A DNA stretch of 63,440 bases, the filler included. It is 10 parts of 10 records of this genome, joined end to end, with 100 filler letters (N's around TTAATTAATTAA, not from the genome) between each part and the next. Parts side by side here need not be neighbours in the genome. Positions count along the whole stretch, not along the records: positions 14,919 to 23,605 come from SRR31147125_259901; positions 23,706 to 29,064 come from SRR31147125_260424; positions 29,165 to 34,265 come from SRR31147125_261705; 7 more parts are not named here. One strand, given 5' to 3'. Positions within the stretch are counted from its first letter, which is position 1. Each line of letters begins with the position of its first letter. Position numbers and translations under genes: made by a program. Positions 20,901 to 32,200 of the stretch are shown one piece after another. The notes under the pieces were generated by a model, which saw only the letters and a list, made by a program, of their open reading frames with translations, was not told the DNA's origin and made no database searches.

Positions 20901-23605
20901 GAGTGGAGCAAGGCGGGCTTGACGTATCAGGACAAGTGCTTGTGACGGGCCAGGAGGCAGAACTCCTCGGTGGAGCCGTTGTGGCAGATTCTGTAGCCGT
21001 AGACGGCGTGCGCGCCGACTCTTTGCGTGTCAGTGATGGAATTTTGGCCGTTCAGGGTGGTGATGTTCAAGGAGTATCCAGTGATCTTCGTGTCCTGGCA
21101 CCAGGCTCTCTGGAGGCGGACGACGCGACATTTGATCAAGGGGTCACGGTAACCTCAAGTGCTCACCTTATCGTAAGTGGGGGTCTCGAGGTTACGAACG
21201 GTGGAGTTGAGGTGACCGGACCCTTGGTTGCTGAAGACGGAGTCACCATCCATGGCACAGCAGGTTTGCAGGTCGAGGCAGGTGCAACCTTCCTTGGGTC
21301 TCTTTCTGTGGATCGGCTCGGTGTTCCCGATACGGAGGCCACCGTACAGGGGTCTGCTCGAATCACCGAGGTCGGATCTTTGGATGTGACAGAGGATCTG
21401 GCCGTTTCGGGGGCCTTGACCGTTTCAAGCTCTCAAGGGCTGAGTGTCTCGGGTAGTGGGCTGGACGTTGCATCAGGAGGTGCACTGGTAGAAGATGGAC
21501 TTGGTGTGACGGGTGGCATTACGGTCCAGGGCGGCCTAACTGGCCCTGGCCTTGTTGCTGATTCGTTGATTGTTCGCGATGGCCTGACCGTCCTTTTGGG
21601 AGGAGTAGAAGTGCTTGACGGAAGCGTCGTCATCCAAGGCGGTCTCACGGTGTTGGAGGGTGATGTGGCTGTGGATCGTTTTTGGATCCAGACACCCGGT
21701 CCGCTCACAGTGGACGAAGGCGGTCTGTTTGTAGCCTCTGGGGGCATTGAAGTGACTGGAGGCCTTACGCTGCACGGTCCCATGGAGGTGATGGAGGGTG
21801 GACTCGCAATTCAGTCAGGCGGTGCAAAAGTGATGGAGGATGGTGTTCGTGTCCAAGGAGGATTGGATGTCGGTGCTGGCGGTTCGTTGACACTCCTCGA
21901 TTCGAACCTGGAAGTGGGTGGGGATGTGTACGTGTCCAGCCAGTTGGAGGTTTGGAGTCCTGCGTCCCAGGTTGAGGGATCGGTGTCTATCTCCGGGGGA
22001 CTAACTGTTCTGGGAGGCGATATCGACTCTCCGAATTGTTGTACGTTCACAACTGTGGGGATCCTGGTGACCGGAGGCCTCTCTGTGACGGATGAGGGGA
22101 TTGCCTTACCGGTGGTCTGAGTGTTCTGGAAGGTGGAATCCACATTGTGGAAGGAGGCCTGGAGACTCTGGAAGGGCTTGCCTCGTTTGTGGATGGTCTG
22201 GAAGTGTCGGGCGGTATCATCGCTGACTCTGTGGAAATCCTTGGCTCGGATTCGACCGTTGTGCTTGAAGACGGACTCACTCTCTCCCAATCAACACTGA
22301 CGGTACCTGGTGGCATAATGCTGGACGACGTGGACGGTGTGAATGCCCTGCAGGGTGTCGACGTTCACGGAGCGAGTTCCGTGCAAGACGGAGGGGTGGC
22401 GATCCGCGATTCGCTGACCATTCATTCGGATGGACTTGACACAATGACCCTGAGTATTCAAAGTGGCGGCCTTGTCGTAGACCACGGCGGAGGGGTTGTG
22501 TTGGGTGGAATGGAGGTCAAGGGTGAGACATCATTCACGGGCGGATTGGTGGAGGTAGATGGTGGATTGGTGGTGGAAAGCTACGGTCTTGCTGTGTTGG
22601 ACGGGGATCTTACTGTGTCGGGTGGACTTGGTGTCCTCATGGAGGGACTTCACATTTTGGACGATGGGTGGACAGTGATGGGTGGACTCACCGTTTGGGA
22701 GGGTCCCGTGGTCCTCGAGGAGGATATGGACGTGGTCAGTGGTGGACTGAGTGTTACAGGAGGGATGATCCTTCACGACGGAGGTTTGACCGTATCCACA
22801 GGAGGTGTTGTCCTTCACGGTGACGTCGGACTGGACGTCGGACTGGACGTGGAGGGTGGGATCACAGTTCTGCATGTCGGTGTTTCGGTAGAGGAAGGTC
22901 CCGTGGAAGTCACGGGCGGTGTTGTTGTTCACACGGAAGGTGTTAGCATCCTTGCGGACGGCGTGCAAGTGACGGGAGGTATTACGGTGCATACGGACGG
23001 TGTAGATGTCCTGGATTCCGTGTCCGTGGGCGATGGTCTAGAGGTCCTCGGTGCACAGGTATCCGTCCATGAAGATGTATCCGTACACAGTACGGAGGGT
23101 GTTGGAGTGACTGGCGTTCTTTCTGTGGGCACAGGCCTACGTGTGGAGGAGGGTGGCGTGGAGATGACAGGTTCCCTGAGTGTGGATTCAGGCTTGATCA
23201 CCGCCACTCATCTGTCGCTGGATGTCGGTATTGGTGTATCAGGCGGGGTGACAGTCTATACGGACGGACTGGATGTGGATACCCTGCACGTTGAGGAGGG
23301 AATCCGCGTTTTGTCGGATGGACTTTCTGTAACAGGTGGTCTAACAATTCATTCCGGAGGACTTGATGTTTACACGGACGAGACGGTTCATGTGGCGAGT
23401 GACCTTCCGCTGGGATCCCTGCCCCTCACCGCGGGTGCGATTCAGGCATCCGGTTTGGACACAGGAACCAATTCCATTTATGTGGGCGGGATTGTGAGTA
23501 CGGGTGATATTGATGGGACAGCAGCCTCCCTGCAACTTGGCACAGGTTCTCTGCTGGCCGGTGGTGGAATTCATGCCACAACCGGATCTTTGACCACAGG
23601 TACAA
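14957..23605 (+). CDS. Giant eukaryotic Gly/Val-rich beta-repeat (fibre/spike-like) protein, >2800 aa, partial at both ends
   Basis: An exon starts after TAG at 14956 (VGNLQLFGTQSRITTRTGDLKII...). A 55-nt intron at 15194-15248 (GTACGT..GCTGAAC..TGCAG) joins EEA to VSLLRAPQDIRF in the frame of the 2312-aa ORF. Single-base shifts occur at ~15054-15059 and ~22104; the second restores LTGGLSVLEGGIHIVEGG into the 504-aa ORF. There are hundreds of GG[LIMV]xVxx 6-7-residue repeats. Confidence 0.75.
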
Positions 23606-23705
23606 NNNNNNNNNNNNNNNNNNNNNNNNNNNNNNNNNNNNNNNNNNNNTTAATTAATTAANNNNNNNNNNNNNNNNNNNNNNNNNNNNNNNNNNNNNNN
23701 NNNNN
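23606..23705. other. Artificial contig spacer
   Basis: Same linker. Confidence 0.99.
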
Positions 23706-25045
23706 CCCCCTCTAAGTCCTTTTCAAATCATGCCGGTATTTATATTCATATCCCATTTTGCATCAGAAAATGTCCATATTGCGATTTCTATTCAATCACC
23801 GACATTTCATTGACAAAGGATTTTGTAGCCGCCCTTCTCCAAGAGTTGAAGTTGAGGGCCGATAATGATTTGAAGGTTGATACCATCTATTTGGGGGGGA
23901 ACCCCTTCTATTTTACTTCCTGAATATATTGAATCCGTTTTGGTTGCCGTCAAGCATCATTTCAATTTGCTGGATAATGCGCAGGTGACCATGGAGATCA
24001 ATCCCGGCACACTCTCCAACGGTAAGAAAGATAGTCATGAGGGTAAAGATATCAGGGATAGTAAAAATAAACAAAGTGATAAAAAATACTTTCAGGAAAC
24101 TCAAAAAAGACTTATCGATATTATGAAAACGGGAGTGAATCGGCTCAGCATCGGTGTTCAATCCTTTCGAAATGAGAAGCTTGCTTTCTTGAATCGGATT
24201 CACTCCGCTGAAGATGCCGTTGAGACCATCCAACAGGCAAGACAGGCCGGATTTCATCAAATCGGTATCGACTTGATGTATGGGGTGCCCGGCGACTCAT
24301 TCGCATCATGGCAAAGCGAACTGGATACGGCGCTTCAACTCAATTTGGAACATCTCTCCTGTTACATGCTTACCTATGAGCCGGGTACGCCGTTGTTTGA
24401 CGCCTTTCAAAAATGCGAAGTGTTGCCCGTGGAAGATGAAGAGGTGGTTGATTTGTTTCGTTTGACGTCAAGTCATTTGGAGGAAAACGGCTTTTGTCAT
24501 TACGAGATTTCAAATTTTGCCCGTCGGATTTCCAGCCGGGGCGGACGATGCAACGACTCGGGTCTCGATAAAGATCTTCAAGATCTTTCCTATGAATCGC
24601 TCCACAATCGGAAGTATTGGAACATGACCTCATACCTGGGATTTGGGCCATCTGCCCATTCTTATGACGGCCGGCGCCGTTTCCGGAATGTTTCAGATGT
24701 GAAACGCTATATTGAGCGACTTGAAAAGGGGGGCTTGCTACCGATGCAGATACCCGGGAATCCCTCACTATGGAACAAAAAATGATAGAGATGGTGATGC
24801 TGGGATTGAGAACTAAGACTGGAATAAATGTCAATCAATTTGAGCAAATATCGGGAATGGCGTTTGGGGAGATGTTTGCCGATGTTATCAACCGTCTCTC
24901 TTCTCTGTCCTGGGGCGGATATGGAAAAAAGGATAAAACACCGGAAGGGAAAGAATTGCAAAATGGAGAAACATACTTTGCTCTCTCTCGTGATGGCTGG
25001 TGTTTTCTGGATACGGTGACATCCTGGTTTGTGGACAAACTTTAG
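23706..25045 (+). CDS. hemW: Radical SAM heme chaperone HemW (HemN-like), 5'-truncated, two frameshifts
   Basis: IYIHIPFCIRKCPYCDF (CxxxCxxC with HxPFC), GGTPS, EINPG, NRLSIGVQSF, HYEISNFA, HNRKYW, YLGFGPSAHS and MLGLR. Shifts at G-run ~23893-23899 and ~24727-24760. Confidence 0.88.
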
Positions 25046-25222
25046 CCCCGGATGTCACCGCATTCAAAATTCAAATCCGTTGCACCTTAATGAGTCGCTC
25101 TTCAGTCATAAGTTCTCAGATCCAACACGACATATCTTGCTTGATGGATATGAGTCTTTCTCCATGTCGTATGAAAAATGAGAACGTATGACTCTCAAGA
25201 TGGGGTTGCTATTGCTGACTGA

Positions 25223-26476
25223 TTAGGTGTGGTCGGTTTTCGGCGTTTCTACCGGATGCCGAGTGGCAGCACCTTCAGCTGCTTTTGGACATTTTCCGGG
25301 GGTCTCTTTTTTACACGGTTTCTTGCAGTGCTTTTGCTTATCGCACGGTTTCTTGGGATGTCCCGCAGCGTTGCAATGTCCTTTCACTCTTCCGGGACAT
25401 TGGTTTGTCAAAGCCGGGCATTTTGAGGCTTTTTTGACTCCGGCCATGGCTTCAACAGCCTTTGCCGGACAGGTTTCAACCGCTGCCAGAATATCGAGCG
25501 TCTTTTGCTCCGGCAGCCAATTGACTTTTCCGGTTCCCACATCGTAGATGGCACCCACGACTTTGACAGCCCCTTTTTTCACCAGATCCCTTGTTGCAGG
25601 GCTTTCCATGAACAGCTCTTGAATACCGGTCCAGACGTTCTCTTCAATGGCTGCCGGAATGACGGCCTCGCCCTTAAGTTCGGGATGGGCTATCATGGCC
25701 CTTTTGACGGCCGGAGCAATATTGGCGACAAGCGCAGGAATGTTTCTCTCCAACGGATGACCATGACCTTGAATAGCCTTGGTCACTGCAGTGACAGCAC
25801 CGCACTGGGTATGCCCCAATACCACCAGTACCGGTGTGTTGACATGGGCAAGGCCGTATTCGATGGAGCCTCTTTCATCCACGTCACAGACGTTTCCGGC
25901 AACTCGAATCACGAAGATGTCCATGATTCCGGCATCAAAAATGGCTTCCACCGGTACCCTTGAATCCGAACAGGTGATGACCGTGGCATAGGCATGATCG
26001 CCTTGATCCTCGATGGCGGCAAGTTTGAGTCTTGCAGCATCCAGATGGGGGTGTTCGGATTTGCCATTGACAAATCGCTCATTTCCCTGTTTCAGCATGT
26101 CGATGGCCACATTCGGAGAGGGTTTGTTGGCAAACGGATTTTTTTCATCCGCCGGTTCTTTGGTGGTGTGGTCAATTTTAACGGGTTTTTCCGGAGTCTG
26201 TGCCAACATGGCCTGTTTTGAATCTTTTTTTGTTGAGACGTTCTCAGGCTCAACAGCTTTTTTGTGGGCCATGGGGTCTTCAGCAGGCAGGCTTTCATTT
26301 TCAGCGGCCGTAACTTCTTTTCCGTTATGGGAATCCGCTTCCGGCGTTGCCGTCTCGGCATGATGTTGTTCTGCTTCTCCCGCCGGGTGATGTGTTCCTC
26401 CATTGTTAAAGACGATGGTTACAGCGACCATCAAGACAAGATAAGCGACGAGAATAATTTTACTCTTTGAATTCAT
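25223..26476 (-). CDS. Beta-class carbonic anhydrase with N-terminal signal/anchor and Cys/Lys-rich C-terminal tail
   Basis: LKQGNERF, TCSDSRV, IRVAGN and LGHTQCGAV (Zn ligands Cys/His/Cys). Hydrophobic N-terminus KIILVAYLVLMVAVTIVF. Confidence 0.9.
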   Translation of the reverse strand: MNSKSKIILVAYLVLMVAVTIVFNNGGTHHPAGEAEQHHAETATPEADSHNGKEVTAAENESLPAEDPMAHKKAVEPENVSTKKDSKQAMLAQTPEKPVKIDHTTKEPADEKNPFANKPSPNVAIDMLKQGNERFVNGKSEHPHLDAARLKLAAIEDQGDHAYATVITCSDSRVPVEAIFDAGIMDIFVIRVAGNVCDVDERGSIEYGLAHVNTPVLVVLGHTQCGAVTAVTKAIQGHGHPLERNIPALVANIAPAVKRAMIAHPELKGEAVIPAAIEENVWTGIQELFMESPATRDLVKKGAVKVVGAIYDVGTGKVNWLPEQKTLDILAAVETCPAKAVEAMAGVKKASKCPALTNQCPGRVKGHCNAAGHPKKPCDKQKHCKKPCKKETPGKCPKAAEGAATRHPVETPKTDHT

Positions 26477-26543
26477 CCTTTACTCCTTACTTGGGTTGGT
26501 GGACATAAAACTTATAACACGTTTCGGTTGCTACGACTTCTAA

Positions 26544-28461
26544 TTATACCTTCTTCCTGAGCTGTCTGGTATCTCCAATACGAATGGTGAAATTGATGGA
26601 ATCGAAATACTCGATCAAGGGGATGACATACTTTCTTGAAATTCCGGTCATATCCTTGAACTGCGGGGTGGTGATTTCACCTTCTTTAGTTAGAAATGCC
26701 GACAGTTGATTCTGTAAGTCGTCAATGGCGGTTGTATCGAAATAGAGATCATCTTTGGTTTTGATGATCCGCTTTTCATCGATGAGCATCTGAAGGACGT
26801 CCCGTGCCGTGTTTTGGTCGACATCCAAGTCATTGCAGATGGTCCTGAAAAATGGAGGCGTCAGCCCCTTTTTTTGATAGATGGCGGCAATGTTGCTTTT
26901 CACCTCTTGAAGGTCAACTTGAAGTGCTACTTTATGGGTTGCCAGACGAATGGAATTTCCTTCCTGGACAATGGCCCCATCTTTGACAAGCTTGGTAATG
27001 ACTATGGAAAAGAGTTTTGAGTCCTTTGCCTGAAATCCCCTGAATTTCGAATTGAGCTCTTCCTTGGAAATCCCTTCTTTAAGTGGGTTTTCCTGATGAT
27101 AGGCGGTAAGGATGGATAGGATATCCCGGGTCAGGGCATCGAAAATGTCGCCATGGATAAACGTTCGTTTCTCTTTATCCGTTTGAATGAGGTTTCGAGA
27201 CGCCAACATTTTTTGGAGGATTGCCGTCAGTTTTTTATCGGCCATGGGGACCATGAGCCGAAGTTCTGAAAATGAGAGACCGATGTGGCTGCATTGTTTA
27301 ATAAAAAACGCAATGCTTTGCTCCGGATCTTTTTCAAGAAGCAAGGTCAGGCCCTGGATGATTTCCTGGTTGAATAATTTATGCTTTCGTGGAAACGGAT
27401 TGAGAATATGCCCCCCCGATGGTTCTGACCGGCGAGTAGCTTCGGATGACGAAGTTGTCTCCGTTCATGGCGCAGATCGGCGCTTCGAGTCGAATCTGGA
27501 CAGGGGCGGAATCTCCAGGAGTCAGCTCTTCCCGGTCCAGAAGCACTAAGGTTCCCATGATTTCACTGGTCCCGGCATGAAATCTCACTTTGGTACGGGG
27601 CTTTACCGGTTTGGTGTTGCTGGATAGAAAGTGGAGATGCGCGTCCACCATATATGAGGGAATCAACGTCGCCGGTGTGGAGAGGGTATCTCCCCGGTTG
27701 ACCGACTCTTTATCCAGTCCTTGAAAATTGATGGCTGTACGGGTACCGGCAGATGCGGTTTCCACACTTTGGCCGTGAACCTGAATTCCCCTCACTTTAG
27801 AGGTCACTTTTGAGGGGAAAACCATGATCTCTTCACCCACTTTAATGGTTCCCGACGCCAATGTCCCCGTAATAACGGTACCAAAACCTTTCATGGAAAA
27901 GACGCGATCCACCGGTAGGCGAAAGATGGGGGAGAAGGGTCTTTCAGGAATGGAGGTACATATTTTTTCCAATGTGGCTTTGAACGCGTCAAGACCGGTC
28001 ATCTTTGTGGATGAGATCGGGATAATCGGGGCCTCTTCCAGAAACGTGCCTTGGGTAAACTCTCGAATATCCTCAATGGCAAGTTCCATCAGCTCGTCGT
28101 CCACCAGATCGGTCTTTGTCAGGGCGATGAAGCCGTGACGAATCCCCATGAGGGTACATATTTCCATATGCTCCCGAGTCTGGGGCATCACCCCTTCGTC
28201 TGCAGCAATCACCATGGTAACCAGATCGATGCCGCTGGCGCCGGCCACCATATTTTTCACAAACTTTTCATGGCCCGGCACATCCACAATACCGATCACA
28301 TTGCCGTCGGAGAGGACAATGGAAGCAAATCCAAGTTCAATGGTGATACCCCGTTGTTTTTCCTCTTTGAGTCGATCCGTTTCAATACCGGTGAGCGCTC
28401 GAATCAGACTGGTTTTTCCATGATCTATGTGGCCTGCCGTTCCTAATATGATCTGTTTCAA
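26544..28461 (-). CDS. selB: Selenocysteine-specific elongation factor SelB (one frameshift at the run at 27411-27417)
   Basis: [48 protein letters not shown], and the C-terminal winged helix [21 protein letters not shown]. Confidence 0.95.
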
Positions 28462-28513
28462 TGATTAACCGTCTCCTTATAATCGTTTGGCGTTCGGGAA
28501 AAAATTTGACATT

Positions 28514-28690
28514 CTATTTTGACTTGCCGCGCTGCCTCATCATTTGCATCAGGTACGCTGCCGCCACAAGTCCGGCTCCCATGGCCACGCCATGAAATAT
28601 GGACCAATCCGGCCGAAAGATTCTTGTTAGCAATATGCCGAAAACCATGCCCAAAATGGCCCTCACAACGAATATATAGAAACCGGTCAT
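28514..28690 (-). CDS. Small 58-aa two-TM membrane protein upstream of selB (missed by the ORF track)
   Basis: Hand translation: MTGFYIFVVRAILGMVFGILLTRIFRPDWSIFHGVAMGAGLVAAAYLMQMMRQRGKSK*. AAGGA lies upstream, and it has two hydrophobic segments and a basic C-tail. Confidence 0.7.
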   Translation of the reverse strand: MTGFYIFVVRAILGMVFGILLTRIFRPDWSIFHGVAMGAGLVAAAYLMQMMRQRGKSK

Positions 28691-28995
28691 AATTACGATT
28701 ATCCTTATGATATTGAGAGTAATAAAAAGTAAGGGGTATTCAAATGGAAAAAAATAATAAACAAACTTGGTAGTGGGGTCAATATGAATTTCTTTTCAAA
28801 GGAAGACTTGGTTGCAAAGATGTGAAACGCGTACCGACGGATTTTTTGTATGACAACCTCACGGTCATTGAATTGCATGTTTCCATGCATTGTTGTGAAA
28901 AATGGCCTTGCCACGGCCGATATTGTCAATCAGGTTGTCAATTTGGGGGGATTCACACGCTATTTAAACTATTTTTTTTGATGTTTAAAAAACAG

Positions 28996-29024
28996 TTGCA
29001 TTGATTTTGGAAAGTTGCTATAAC
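28996..29024 (+). promoter_or_regulatory. Sigma70 promoter with extended -10 for the tRNA gene
   Basis: TTGCAT-17 nt-TATAAC with TGn before the -10 box, 18 nt upstream of the tRNA. Confidence 0.75.
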
Positions 29025-29041
29025 ACCCGAGTTCTTTTTGC

Positions 29042-29064
29042 GGTGGGTGTAGCTCAGTTGGTAG
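29042..29064 (+). tRNA. tRNA 5' fragment, probably tRNA-His (G-1), truncated by contig end
   Basis: GGTGGGTGTAGCTCAGTTGGTAG is an acceptor stem 5' strand plus D-arm. The GGTGG start resembles bacterial tRNA-His, but the anticodon is not present. Confidence 0.65.
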
Positions 29065-29164
29065 NNNNNNNNNNNNNNNNNNNNNNNNNNNNNNNNNNNN
29101 NNNNNNNNTTAATTAATTAANNNNNNNNNNNNNNNNNNNNNNNNNNNNNNNNNNNNNNNNNNNN
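29065..29164. other. Artificial contig spacer
   Basis: Same linker. Confidence 0.99.
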
Positions 29165-29197
29165 GGTGTAATCCTTGGTCCCAACTCGTGTCGCCCA

Positions 29198-29235
29198 TGC
29201 GTCCACGCACACGCACGCACACGCACGCGCACGCA
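29198..29235. repeat. Degenerate (GCAC/AC)n microsatellite, probably intronic
   Basis: cacgcacacgcacgcacacgcacgcgcacgca downstream of a probable GT donor on the minus strand. Confidence 0.6.
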
Positions 29236-29244
29236 TTGGTGTAC

Positions 29245-32200
29245 CTACACACCTTTGGAGCAATCATCCCCCTCGTAGCCGTAATCACACACACATTGTC
29301 CGTCTTTGCATGTTCCATGTTTCGAGCACTCGTTGGGACACAAAACATGCGAACAATCCTCCCCAGCGAAGCCCTGGGCACAGAAACAACGCTTGCTCAC
29401 ACAGACACCATTTCCGGAACAGTTGTTCTTGCAACCGACGTCGAGCGGATGCTGGCAAGCATCCCCAAACCACCCCGTATCGCAGGCACAATATCCCGCA
29501 GAACAGACTCCATGCTCCCCACAGTTGTTGGGACACTGCTCCGGGTGCCCCACAGAGCAGTCAGGTCCCACAAATCCTGCATCGCACACGCAAACACCAT
29601 CAACACATCGTCCACGGTGTGAACAGTTGTGAGGACACTCCCGTTCACACTCCAGGATAATGTACGGGATAGAACAGTCCTCGCCCTCAAAGCCCACGTC
29701 ACAGGAACAGTATCCGTTGATGCACTCCCCATGGGACGAACAGTCTCGTACACACGGATGAGTGGAAAAGGGTAACTGCATAACATCCAGAGAACAATTC
29801 AGACCCACGTAGCCTCGATCACAAGCACAGTGGCCTTGGAGACAGGGACCGTGTTCCAAACAACCATCTGGACATTTCAAAGATGCTTCAGAAACCGTCT
29901 GCGTCATATTGGTGTTCTGCCAGAAGGTGCCGACCACATCGCACACATCCGGAAGCTGTGTCCCGTTGCACCAGTGGGTTCCGTTGTGACCCTCTGTACG
30001 ATTGCATACGTTGGGAAGGATGGCGGTATCATTGGCCACAAGGGTATGGTTCGGGTGCAGCACGGAAGGGGCCATCGAAGGGACCACCGAAGGAACTGTT
30101 GGCACGCGGGAGGAAGGGGGAGACGGATTCGAGGAGGGAACAGGAGAAGGAGGAGACAGCGAGGGAGTTGGACTCGGTCGCTCAAAGTAGCGTGAACAGT
30201 CGGTACCTAGCCATCCCGGCCGACAACTGCACACTCCCTCAATGCATTCCCCGTGGTGAGAGCAGTTGTTCGGACACGACAGTGGCGACGACGGCCGTTG
30301 AGGTGTTGTTGTTGGCTCGCCGCCCGCTGTTGGAACGGAACGAACATCAACCAAGTTGTAGCCGAGTACTTTGTGTGCCTTTCCTTCTTCGAAAGCTCGT
30401 AGTGTCCTCCTGTAAATTCCGCGTGCTGTCAGGAACCGTACGACTGTTGTCTCGTAGCCGTAATACTCCACATTGCCTGGGTAGATGGAAAGGATTTGAA
30501 TTAATCCGGCGAGATGCCGAGGATTCCCGCGCAGATGATTGAAGGCATCCCCACCACCCAGGGCCAGGACTGCTTGAAGGGCTTCCTCTTCCGTGTGTTC
30601 CGAGAGGGCCACACCCATGGGGACATCAAATACCATCTCAAAGGCAACAAGTTCCGCGTCATTGGGCTCCGGACACTCGGGTGTATGGGTCTCCAAGGGT
30701 AGACTCTCCACAGACCGTTGACAGGCCACGCCCGTATATCCTTCGTGGCACTCGCACACGCCCAAGGTACATGTGCCGTGGCCACTACAGTCCAGAGGAC
30801 AGCGAAGCGTGGAACAGTCGCCCCCGGTGTACTCGGGAGTGCAGAGACACGTTCCATCCGTCAGACATGTTCCATGTCCTGAACAGTCACCGGGACAGCT
30901 GTTCTGTCCCGTGAATGTCTCGTGTGCGGCCATGTGGATATCAACAACGGGGTACTCGAGCACCTTTGTCAGGTGTCCTTGATGGAAGGCCGTTTGAAGC
31001 TGGCTGTACACGAAGGGTTCACTCCGGAATACAACAACTGCTGTCTCCTTGGGTCCTGGAAGGATGTCTTCGAGTTGAAGATGCTTGCCGGTACCCGCGA
31101 ATTTGTGCACCGCATGCTGAAGTTTCAGTGCGGTATGGGATGAAAAGGGTTGATGAGGTGGAACACGAAGAAGAATCGCAAAGAGGACCGTGTCAACAGG
31201 TGGCTCAACCCCGTATACCACACCTCCCTCAACTCGATCCGCACAATCCGGACCGTAGTAGGCCGCTTCGCAGGAACAGGCACCACTGATACATGTGCCG
31301 TGACCCGAACAACCGTTGGGGCACTCTGCCTCGGAGCAATCCTCCCCAGACCACCCAGAGGCACATGCGCAAACGCCTGACCCGGTGCAGTTGCCATGTC
31401 CTGAACAGTCGTTCTTACACACAGTACGAGAACAATCGCCACCCTTGAAGCCAGGATCGCACGCACAACCTTCCGGCACACAGTGTCCGTGTCCAGAGCA
31501 CATATTGGGGCATTGACAGAAGTCGCCCGTGAAGTCCTTGAAGCAGTGACAGCGCTGGAAGAGGCAGAATCCGTTTCCACTACAATTGCGGGCACAGGTG
31601 ATCTGGCCACAATCATCTCCCAGGTAGCCGTCCTTGCACTGGCACACACCCTCCACACAGGCACCGTGACCAGTGCATCGATTGGGACATATCTTCACAC
31701 TGCAATCAGGTCCTTCCCAATCGGGTTTGCACAAACAGTGATCCACTTCACAGACTCCATGGCCCGAACAGGCATTGGGACAGCCCGATACATCACAGCG
31801 AGCACCCTCCCAGCCCTCGAAGCACATGCATGTGCCGTCACGACAAACACCGTGATCGCATCCACCCACACACAGGGCACGGGAACAGTCGTCTCCACCC
31901 CAAGCCGAGTCACAATAGCAGCGCCCGAAATGACAGCTTCCATGTCCGGAGCAGTCCTTGGGGCAAGAGGCGGTTTGACTGCAATCGTTCCCCGTGTAGC
32001 CAGTGTAGCACAGACACGTGCCGTTTTCACATCTTCCGTTGCCGGAGCAGCCATTGGGACAGTAGAACTCAGAGATCTCCATGGAACAGTCCAGACCGCC
32101 ATACCCCTTGAAACAATAGCAAACTCCATTCTCACACGTTCCCTGACTGCTGCATCCGTTGGGACAGTATGCCACGGTCGCACAATCGTCACCGCTATAT

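Noticed and set aside
23706-28461. hemW and selB as pseudogenes or programmed frameshifts
   Set aside because: The breaks fall in G/C homopolymers, all motifs are intact, and the same error pattern occurs across unrelated contigs.
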